From Blasia pusilla (Eukaryota), in assembly GCA_050084515.1 (NCBI GenBank), contig CM114271.1, forward strand, positions 23,312,001 through 23,376,000: DNA of 64,000 nucleotides. The letters are read 5' to 3'. Within the stretch, counting starts at the first letter, position 1. Each line of letters starts with the position of its first letter. Shown here in pieces: positions 54,155 through 64,000 of this stretch. The translations under genes were made by a program, and so were the position numbers. The notes beneath the pieces are model-generated. The model did not search any database, was not told the DNA's origin, and worked only from the letters and a program-made list of their open reading frames with translations.

Positions 54155-54556
54155 AAGTGCGGTAAGAGGAGAGGAAGAGAGGAAGAGAGGAGAGAGGAGA
54201 GAGGAAACTACCTTCAACTGAAATAGATACTTTTTTTTAAGAGAGTTTCCGTTGGATTGAAGAGAGGAAACTTTTTGTGTGAATTTTTTTGCACTTTTTT
54301 TCAGTTATTGGGTCCCATAAGTTTTTTTTTTTTTTTTCTCTTCCATATTTTGGCAACCCATCGAGTCCGAGGAGTTGCAAATTGCATAAAATATACAAAA
54401 CTAAAAAAGCAGTGGAATCATAAGTGTGGAATCAATCACTTTTTCCATCCAAGGTCTGGAAACAATCTACCATTTGCCCTATGCTGAATAGAGTTCAAAC
54501 TCAAAGTGAAGGTTCTTGAAAAATGAAAGTACAATCTAAAACCTCATTTTGCATCC

Positions 54557-57500
54557 TCAAAGAATTGGTTGGTGGATTCCTACTCCTACCTCCGACTCTC
54601 TTAAAATTACCAGCGACACATAGTACATGTGCTTACAAGGGAAATACCTTTTGCCACTTGTCTCTCTTTGGACAAAGTCATCACATGAACATGTGGGAAA
54701 GCAACAGATGTGCACCACATACACCCCTGTGACACTTGAATTTACAGTGTTGTTCCTGACCCAATACATCCTTCCTATTCCATTGCCACTCAAGACATCT
54801 TTCGTGGCGATGATCTCCATTTTTGCCTCCCAAGATGATGCAATTCGCTTTGCTCTCTCCACCATTGGCCTACACATTCTGTTTCTCTTCACTCCATTTC
54901 TAGACTCAAACAGAAATAATGGATTGAGATCATCCAACTTCTCCGGGTACATGTTGACATCAATCTTGGGTTGAATATGAAATGCAAAGGTCTCTGTAAT
55001 GCAAACATGCTCCGAACTTCCCCCGTCTACGAGTCTGAAACCGGCACTTGTAAGATTGTCCACTTCGTCTTGAGTGCAGTTCGTACCTGCGGCGATGGGC
55101 CAAATTGTGGGGGTATTCCCCGGAGCTCCAATGGCAACCGGATAAGACTTCCGGAAAGCGCAAGATTCATTTGGGTAGAAGAAGTACTTCAATTGATCAC
55201 CGGTCCTCGTGAAACGATCAAAGGTTTTGAGTCCCCAAAACCCAATCTCTAGTCCTTGTCGATTCTTATTTAGGAAAGTGCCGCATGCTCTCCTAATGCC
55301 ATCAGATCTGCCGTAGGTGGGTCCACGCCCTGGGGTTACTCCGAGATATATGCGTTTTAGGTTGCAATCCACCTCCATTACCGAATCCCATATTGTTGAA
55401 CCATTTGTTGGATGCGAACTTCCAAAGAACGGAGGGCTTTTGAAATAAAACATTCACGATTTTGGAGAAGTAACTCCATCACGGATTTGAGACGGGTCCG
55501 GGTCCCCGAATACATGGGCGGCGTAATTTCCTCATCCAAATCAATCACCGGATTCGTTCCTCGATGTCGCCTCTTCACCGCTGAAGTCAAGGTCTCCACG
55601 AGTCTCGCTTCGGATGTCTACCACCATTAGATGGGATGTCTTGAAACGCCTATGAATATCCCCACCAATGTGTACATCTTGCTCGAGGGGAGTTCCAAAT
55701 AACCGGTTGAAGGCTTCCACATACATTTTTTCATCACCAGATCTCACAAATCCCCGACATAGAGCTTGAGATCGACGGCCCCTTTCCTTTTGTTATGCCT
55801 TTGTGAGGAAGATATGGGATGTGAGACTATAGCATTGCTCTTGCCAGGTCTTGCCGGGCATGCCTCCACAAGTGAAATTTGTTGGCATGCTTGTGACGAC
55901 CTCCGGGAGGAATGTCGCTCCACTTGTGTTGGGGCAGAGGGTATTTTCATGAACGTTCAATCCCTGCAACGACGGAAATGTTAGAAGGAAACGAAAATCA
56001 CTCAGGAGTCAAAGAAATAAGCTACCTGTCGGAACCAGACGGGTTGCAGGCCCGAGGCATCCCATGAATGACTCTGCGACCCGTCGGGTCCACTCGGGTT
56101 GCACACTTGGTCTGGATGCAACCCGTCGGTATCCGTCGGGTTGCACACTCGGGCAACCCGTCGCATCCGACAACTTGCTTGGTTTCTTTGGTTTGAAATC
56201 CCTATAGTTCCCACGCTTCTCACCGTGAGCTACAACTTTACAAACAATTATGAGTATGAGCTTGACAAGACAAAATAGTGAACTCACCTGCCGCATGAAG
56301 TTTCCCCATTGTCTCATACGTACAGTCCACCAACTCAACCAAGAGCACAACTCTTTGTACTTCCCCTCAATCCCATGCTTCCTCCACCACCCATGAATTT
56401 CTTCCTGGCATTACATGGCTGCTTCAAGGTTTTTTGTCCCTTGTAACGTTGGAGTAGAGTGACATGCTCTGTCCTCTTATTCTCCTTGATGCAAGATTTG
56501 GTGTACTGGGTCATAGACTGTTGCCAATGGAAAGCATCCGACCTTTCCCTCTCCGGTTGAACCTCTCCACCCCATAACACTTCTAGGATAGCAATCCACC
56601 CAGGTTGTGCATTGTCTGCCATGAACCCATAAATTTCCGGTGGTGGCCTTTTGTTTTCCTTCACCACCTCCAATAAGAGTAAACAACACTTCTTCAAACT
56701 GCCAACGTCTTCTGCCTTTACTTCACAGAAAAATATAGTTTTGAGTCCCTTCTCCACATGGTCATAAACATGAGCACCCGTCCTCAACCATCCGTTCAAA
56801 GACTCAGAGTAGCAAATATCAAAGCTTACCCGGTGCCAGTAAAGATCTTCCCCTTCCTCATTCGATCTATAAAATCGAGGCCACTCGACAGACGTGTGGT
56901 TGACATTTTGAAGACATAGGCCTTGGATCCCTCGCCTCCTTGGCCCATGAACTGCCATCTCTGAATGAATGGAAATGTGGAGTTGGCCTTGATTCTGGCG
57001 ATGACATCCATTTCGGCCGTCTTTTCATCCAGAACTCGTATTTGACGCAGCAAATTCCGGAAGCATTCAGGATCAGCGAGAAATGCGAGATTTTCCTTGA
57101 GTTGTTTCTCCTCAACCGCCGTGATCTCGCCCTGTCCAGGGATTCCAAGCAATTTTTCACAAATTTGTGATGCCGTTGTGAGCTTGATCACCCGGGCTTT
57201 GAACCGGAGAGTTTTCAGAGACCTCGGCAACTTTCTTCGCCACATCCTCCTTGATGTGTCTCTGAATTGCATCGGTCAGAGGATGAGTGTGGGAGCCAAC
57301 ATGAACTTCCAGCCTTGTGTACTCTGACGTGGAGCCCAAGTCGTGGACAATGAAAAATATGTATGCAGGACACGCTCCAACGCAGAAGGGCGATGCCTGA
57401 CAATGAGGACATCGATGGCCTCCCGGCGGTATGGTGGCACCGACCTCGTATGGAGTTTCTGCATTCTTGGGGGGGAATTGCGACGTATTGACTCGCCCGT

Positions 57501-58302
57501 TGCGCTCTAGATATGGGCATGCTGGACTTCTACACTCCAAGGCTCCGACGCATTGGCGGCAGGAGACAATCCAAGGACCATCTGGAATTGAAGCACTAGT
57601 CCGTTGAAGCCTGCACCATCGATGACAATCAAACTTTCTGTCCATACCCTTCAGGCGTCCTCCATCTTTCTTTTGAGCAGGAGCAGCAAGTGGAGGCAAC
57701 TCAAAAATGCAATTACCATCGTACGTGGGTGGCAGCTCGTCGACAAGAATGTGCTTGAACATTTTCAAGGCCAGAGACGAAAGCAAACTATTTCCTGATA
57801 CTCGCAAGAGGAACAAGTAGGCGGACAGAGGGCCCAGTTGGTGTCCGACAGATCCACTGAGGTTGATAACATCCGGAATCTCTTCAGGAAGAATATTGAT
57901 ACGAGCGTGTGAAGTTGGAGTCAAAGCCGGATCTGCAGAGCTTGGAGTTGCAAACGTAGAGCACGGAGCACTAGGAAATTCTAGACCGTCTACTTGGGAA
58001 ACAGACGAATTCAGGGGCATGCCGTAAACTCTGTATTGACCATTTGCTAGAGGTAGGAGATTCCATACTTTACGGTCTGAGGTCACTGGCTGGACCGTCT
58101 CACCTATTATGTCTTCCGTACCGTCCACCCTAACATCTTTGGATACAAAGATGGTTCCAATTTGGAGAAGAAATCGAACAGAGAGAAAATTTTCATCCAC
58201 TGCTATGAAAGACTCACGAGCTTGCGGTCGAATGATTTCTGATTGAGGAAGGGCCGCTAGATGACTACCACAAGTGAGGTTAACATAATTATCCATTCCC
58301 AT
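54557..58302 (-). pseudogene. Mutator/MULE-like DDE transposase with N-terminal Cys/His domain and C-terminal SWIM finger; frameshifted; intron ~55964-56287
   Basis: N-term CVGALECRSPACPY..CPHC..CPA..HVGSHTH; core VSFD..GAHVYD..GFMADNA..AFHWQQS; SWIM PTCSCDDF..PCKHMYYV; GT-AG intron on the minus strand. Confidence 0.75.
56020..56180. repeat. Cluster of GCAACCCGTCGG-nnn-CCGACGGGTTGC palindromes in the transposase intron
   Basis: About four degenerate copies, e.g. gcaacccgtcggtatccgtcgggttgc at ~56118. Confidence 0.8.
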
Positions 58303-58586
58303 AAATTTCGTACGGGAGGAGGATGAGAATGAGAAAGAGAATGAGAATTTTTAATTTATAGTGAATAGGAAAATAGATACTCTTGATAGATTTTTACTGA
58401 CAAGATGAATTCGGTAGGTGACATTTTTTACACAATGGATCCAATTCTGTTGCAACAGATTCAATTCTGTTGCAATGTGTTACCGGATTTGGGAAGCAGA
58501 GACGTGGGTTGCGAAGCATACTTCATTTTGTTGGAACCCGTCGGAGTCCTGATAACTCAACAATTAACCCAAGCTAACCGAAGCCT

Positions 58587-59083
58587 GCAACCCGTCCGCT
58601 TCGGACGGGTTGCACGCTTCTGCCTTACCTTCAAACGCAAACATGGTCGAAGCTGGCAACCCGTCGCTATACGACGAGTTGCTCGGATACCGCTCCTTCT
58701 TGCCCGAAGATGCCGGAGGCATGCAAACCGTCTGTTCCCGACGAGTTCCGCGAGTGCCGCACCTATTTGCCCAAAGACGGCAAGGCGTGCAACACGTCGC
58801 CCTCCAACGGGTTGGGCAAGGGCCTCGCCTTGTGGTGCTTACATGAAGGAAGTGTGCAACCTGTCGGACTCCGACGAGTTGCGCAGGAAGCCCGCGTTGT
58901 TAACCCTTGACGAGGGAAGCGTGCAACCCAACAGTCTCCGACGGATTGCCTGGGTACGTCCCGTTCTTGTCCAAACACGGCGGAGGCGCGCAACATGTCG
59001 GTCTCCGACGGGTTGCGCGGGTACCTCGCGTTCTTGTTCGAAGACAACGGAGGCGCTCAACCCATTAGTCTCCGACGGGTTGC
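58587..59083. repeat. Array of 8 palindromic 27-bp repeats at a ~67-bp period between the divergent genes
   Basis: Starts at 58587, 58656, 58723, 58789, 58856, 58923, 58990, 59057. Confidence 0.9.
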
Positions 59084-60699
59084 CATTTTTCACGTCTGGA
59101 CTTCCGTAACCTCTGGCACGTCGCCGTCAAAAGGACGACGGGACCCAACGTTCAGCCCAACGGCTAGAAAAGTATAAACAGGGCAGAAATCGCTCATTTT
59201 TGGTTTCTCATTTCGCGATCTCCATTCCTCTCTCTCCCGCGCAGCCGCTGATCAGATACCAAGGGGCGTTTCACAAGGCGAGTCATCGCGAGTCGATATG
59301 AGGGAACGAGAGCGAGACTGTTCGATCGAACGAGAGCGAGACGGTGCGACTGAACGATCGCGAGACGATTCGAGCTACCCATCAAGGCGACTCATCTTGA
59401 CATCAGCAAGGCGACTGATCAAGCGATTCATCGTGGACATAGGTGGAGGCATTTCCCGAAAAAATGACGAGGAAAAAATCACAAGCCAACAAGTTTGGGA
59501 GCTTCACTCCGAAGTCCATTAGGACTCCTGCGTCAGCATCTCCAGGGCCTCGTTCGGAGAATGAAATTAGGCAGCAAGAAATCGAGGAGCGCGAAAGGGA
59601 AGCGGAGATGCACAACGAGGAGCTTCTTGCGAGACGTGTTCAAGAAGCACTCGATAGATAGAACGCAGAGGTTGAGACGTCGCAGGCCTTGAAGAAAAGG
59701 ATCGCCGACGAAAAGAGAGAAAAGAAGCGTCTGGACGTGTCGGTGAGGAGAGTAGAATTGGCTAAAGCAAGGAGGGAAAAAGCGATAGCCATTGACGATA
59801 GCCCTGCCCATCCAACCGAAAGTGTTGAGGTGTAGGAAATATCCCCGATGAAGTCTGGGGACACAATCAATATAGCGGAAATGCCAGAAGTTCAAATCAC
59901 GGACGATGAGGTCATGAGGACCGCCGGCGTGGAGATGGTGGACATTGCCGAAGAAGCCGGAGAGCGGTCATTCTCGTCTCCAAGCCCGGCGGAAGATATC
60001 GACCTCTATCGGATCGACGAGTTCCCAGTCGATTTGCCAGCTTCTGTCTCACACAAGTTGGCTGGTCAAGAAACCGATCCAATTTTCGAGCGGGTAAGAG
60101 AGGATATGGGTTTTTAGAATTATGTGAATTACAATTCATTGGGAATTCAGTGTAGCTTATTGATCTTGTCCCGATTCAAACAGGTGGTAAAGCAGATGGA
60201 GGGTCACAACGCCCCGAGGATTCCACTCTATCGATTGTGGACAATGGAATACGTCCGCGAAATTCAGTCCGACAAGGACATCGCGAAGCTTAAACAATCG
60301 GCGGCGACAACATCCTATGTCGATAGCTTTCCTCCCTTCTATGTTCAGCCTTACAACGAGCATGGAACGCAAGCCCTGGTTACGGAGGAGGAGTTGGAAA
60401 AGCTTGACACATTCTGGAGGATGAGAGACCAGGATTTCAGAAGGCAAGTAGAGGGCACGGAATTCAGCTGGATGAGGAATCTGTATTTCTTCATCTGGGA
60501 TGGAAATCATAGGTTTATGGCGTGGACCAAGTTTGCAGAGGAGCAGCCCAACTCCTTGGAGGCACATTTTTGCGTGAAGGTAGTGGTCCTTCATCCATTC
60601 CCTCATCACATGGCGACGATGGAGATGGCAATGCATGCCATGAACACGTGAGTATCTTCTTGCTGGGTCGGATCGTTGTTGGGATGCTTTTGGTTAAAC

Positions 60700-61375
60700 G
60701 CAACTCGCCGGACTCGACGAGTTGCTTGATTGATGAATGGGTTAGGTTTTCTTTTGCCGAAAGCAACTCGTCGGACTCCGACGAGTTGCTCGACTCGACG
60801 ATTTTTCAAGATGTTTTTTGAAGAATGCAACTCGTCTGACTCCGACGAGTTGTTTGACTGACCACAGATTTAATAAGTTTTTGGCCCAAAGCAAATCGTC
60901 GGAGTCCGACGGGTTGCTCGACTCGCCGCCTTTTCAGGATGTTTTTTGAAGAAAGCAACTCTTCGGACTCGGACGAGTTGTTCGACTGACCGCAGGTTTA
61001 GTATGTTTTTTGCCCAAAGCAACCCGTCGGAGTCCGACGGGTTGCTTGCCTCGAAACTGTTTTTGGCCGAAATCAACTCGTCGGAGTCGGACGGGTTGCA
61101 TTCGAAAGTTGGTTTAGCAAATTTTGCGTCAAATTGCAAGTTTCCATTCAATTGCGCAACCTGTCGGACTGCGACGGGTTGCTATGTTCACGTTAGTATG
61201 TTCAATTGCACAACCCGTCGGAGTCCGACGGGTTGAAACTAGGCATTAGCAAATCTGAATGCAATCCGACAGATTGCATCATTTAGCTCCTTCCTAGAAT
61301 CCGACCTTGAGCTGTGACGACCCGTCGGAGTCTGATGGGTTGCAGGAACCCATGTAATTTTCAGACGGGTTGAGT
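60700..61375. repeat. Intronic array of the same 27-bp palindrome, 64-bp period
   Basis: Starts at 60700, 60763, 60827, 60891, 60955, 61019, then irregular (61074, 61156, 61211, ~61318). Confidence 0.9.
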
Positions 61376-63481
61376 TTGGATATGCAGGATTGTATCGGAG
61401 GGGAATGTCACCCACCACTGGATTCAGGATTGCGATCGGGTGAAGAAGGTGCTTACGACGCACCCGGGAGAGCTAGTACAAGGGGTTCTTGGGCGACGCC
61501 CTTGTAAATCAGATGCTTGCAAAGGGTGCTCAGATAAAAAAGAAAACTTGGGCAAATAAGTTTATTTCCCAAGATGCAGCCGTAACCATCCTTTGCTGGT
61601 CGAAGATACAAGCCGCAAAGAAGAGCGCTGCACTGGAGCTGGAGCGGAGGGAGAAAGTATCTAGGTCTGAGCGCGCGAAATTCATCCAAGCTGCAATATG
61701 TGCAGCCACGAAATACACGACGAGCAAGATGCAACGATACATCAGAATTCTCAATCCCGAACTTGGTCCGGAGTTCTACAAGGAGCTGAAGGCGATTATC
61801 AAGCGCCAGCGGAAAAGGGATGAAGACCCGCAAGGTCGGATTGGGGAGAAAGTGTCCCTGGATCGCGTGCATCGGTTTGCGTTGTCCGGCATAAGCGAGT
61901 TTAGGAGGATCCGACTGATGAAAATCAGTCTTGAGGGCAGAGAGGCCCAGAAGAGGGCGGCACACCATCCTCCGGGTGTGTCCGATCCAGTGATCTCCCA
62001 CTCGCTACGCGAATGGTCATTCGGGACGCGTTTGCGGGTTATCGGAAGTCCGTCTTTGGGCCGACGGATGCAAGCCGGAGCTCAAAAGATTAGAGCCCAT
62101 TCTGGATGAAGCAAACCTGGAAAGTTCTGTAGATTTCGAGGTTTGGCTTGAAGACATCCGGGACAAGCCAATAAAAAACCCAAGATTCAAGACAATGTTC
62201 AAGGTTTGCGTCCTCCCTCAGGCAGAGCTTGACGAAGAAATCGAGGGGAACAAACCGGATCAAGCAAAGAAGAAGCGAGATCTACAGGAGCAGACGGCCG
62301 ATTCAGTTCGAGTTAAAGCTGCCCAACGGATGGTCTTCAGGTACCTCGTCCAGTGTAAGAATGCAAGTACCTGGGGAAAATTACCGGCAACCTTGAAATT
62401 GTGGGCTTCGCCGCCTGATGGAGAGACATTCTCCATGTACGACATGGAGATGGGGCAGCACATGTCTGATTGGGAGGTGGAGAATTGCCTCATTTGGCTT
62501 GACTTCAATGACCCAAAAGACATCACCGATAAGGATTTACGAAGTGCTTCATGATGTAGTGGCCTCATGACAAGACGACATCCCCAATTTTGTGCAGCCT
62601 GAAGACTTCTTCGGAGGAGATGCGGAAGAGCAAGCCCACGAGACAGCTGAGTTGGCTTCCAAGGTCCGCATAGCCAAAGACAAATCCACAACGGGTCTCA
62701 AAGGCAAGGCGAGGGGAGGGAAAAATTCCAAGGCCGAGTCTTCCCAAAGAGAGGCTAAAGATTCAAGGCCAGAGGCGGAATCGTCCGGACGAGCGGGGAG
62801 AGAGGATCGGACCAGGTCCTCGGCGAAAAAACTCCACCAGAGTCTGAGGTCATAGAGATCCCGACAAGCCGTCCGCAGACTCGGGAGAAGCGGAAGCGAG
62901 AGGTGCCAGGGTTGTCCCAAGGAGAATACATTCCATCATCCTTGGGAAGACATAGATAAAGAACGACCCGGACAAGCGTCCTCCTTCAGTTCACTCCTTT
63001 ACTGGATGAGCTGAAAAACTTCAGTTCTCAAGCGTCGACACCAGCCATCGATAAATTGACAACGCTGGGACGGAAGCTCTAACAAAACGGGCACGCTGCC
63101 TGGACGGTGAATGGAGTGGTCGAAGAGGTTGCGGTGGATCTCTTGATCGCTGATCTGCCCTCGGGGTTGCAACTGTGGGGCGAGAAACCGTCGGACGGGG
63201 TACTTGAGTGGAATGTGCCGCTCTCTTATGACCAAATTGCGCTATTGTTCTCCTTTGCAGACGCCTATCTGAGTGACAGGGGTTGCTTCTTGGAGTTGAC
63301 TGGAGGGAGCGAGGACGAGCTCTTCAACCTCCAGTGCGTCAAGAGGTCGCTAAAGTGGGGGACGGCGCAATCGTGGATCATAAAAAACGAGTACCCACTC
63401 CGATCCGCGACGAGTCAGATTCGGGTAAGGCTCAATGAGTGTTAATTTCAGATAGTATATCTCCGTTTTTTTTGTCTGTGA

Positions 63482-63826
63482 GCAACCGTCGGAAGGCGAC
63501 GGGTTGCTCGCTTAGGGCAGCCCATGCTCGGCTGAGAGCAACCCGTCGGTTTCCAACGGGTTGCATCTTTCCTAGATACACAGGGAAAACCGTGGTGTAC
63601 CTGAAACCCGTCGGAACCCGACGGGTTGTAGTTGCTTTTGGTTTTTCCTTGTGTTTCCGGAAAGCTGCAACCCATCTGATAGCGATGGGTTGCTCTCAGC
63701 CGAGCATGGGCTGCTCTAGGCCAGCAACCCGTCGCCTCCCGACGGGTTGTTTTGTCCCTGACCAACCCATCGGAAGGCGACGGGTTGGTCAGGGACAAAA
63801 CAACCCGCCGGACTCCGGCAAAGTTG
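63482..63826. repeat. Intronic cluster of ~7 palindromes, partly arranged as a larger inverted repeat
   Basis: Copies near 63482, 63538, 63603, 63667, 63724, 63762, 63801. Confidence 0.85.
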
Positions 63827-64000
63827 ATCCAAAGTTAGTAATTGAAAAAGTTCTCTAGGGTCAAGCCGACTTCTTTAGTTGCTGACATTGTTTCCAACGT
63901 GCTTCTTTACAGATGGACCACTCCTACTTGTACTACTTCGTTCGGCCCGAGCACAATTTCTAGGTGTTCAAGATCCAGGATCCTGTGGATCGATGCTCAG

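Larger units (their letters stand above)
59464..64000 (+). pseudogene. Multi-exon gene with a ParB-like motif and a possible N4/N6-methyltransferase-like C-terminal domain; runs off the window
   Basis: ATG 59464; GT-AG introns ~60094-60183, 60648-61387, 63425-63912; FFIWDGNHRFMAW (~60490-60525); VDLLIADLPSG..EWN..LFSFADAYLSDRGCFL (63134-63295); premature stops and frameshifts. Confidence 0.55.

Noticed and set aside
54155-54300. Possible left terminus/TIR of the MULE-like element (gagagtttcc...ggaaactttt)
   Set aside because: No partner end or TSD lies within the window, so the boundary cannot be fixed.
58587-61375. Palindrome-spacer arrays as a true CRISPR
   Set aside because: Spacers are related to one another, repeats are degenerate, one array lies in a spliceosomal-type intron, and no cas-like ORF is visible.

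Overview
Eukaryotic, transposon-saturated DNA, plant-like and probably a bryophyte or other early streptophyte (inferred from element types only). No intact host gene, RNA gene or true CRISPR is evident. The window is a nest of insertions. (1) A degenerate P-element-like DDE transposase gene (~10.8-12.1 kb plus 50.4-52.0 kb) is split by a 38-kb CACTA element (12136-50383, perfect 15-bp TIRs, TTT target duplication). (2) Inside the CACTA lie three nested Ty3/Gypsy retrotransposons of two related families, plus LINE fragments. These Gypsy elements encode a DNMT3-like C5-cytosine methyltransferase between protease and RT, and the complete copy has a C-terminal PHD finger. Instead of two ordinary LTRs they carry split direct repeats (A...B-gc-A-B) with an internal ACA-GC-TGT junction. 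(3) The last 10 kb holds a Mutator-like (DDE+SWIM) transposase gene divergently paired with a gene carrying a ParB-like motif and a weak N4/N6-methyltransferase-like motif. Their introns and shared upstream region are filled with periodic arrays of a 27-bp palindrome. A 2.25-kb (GCTC)n tract lies at 7.4-9.65 kb. Most ORFs are broken by stops or frameshifts, from decay and/or consensus errors. All domain calls come from motifs read by eye; no searches were run.
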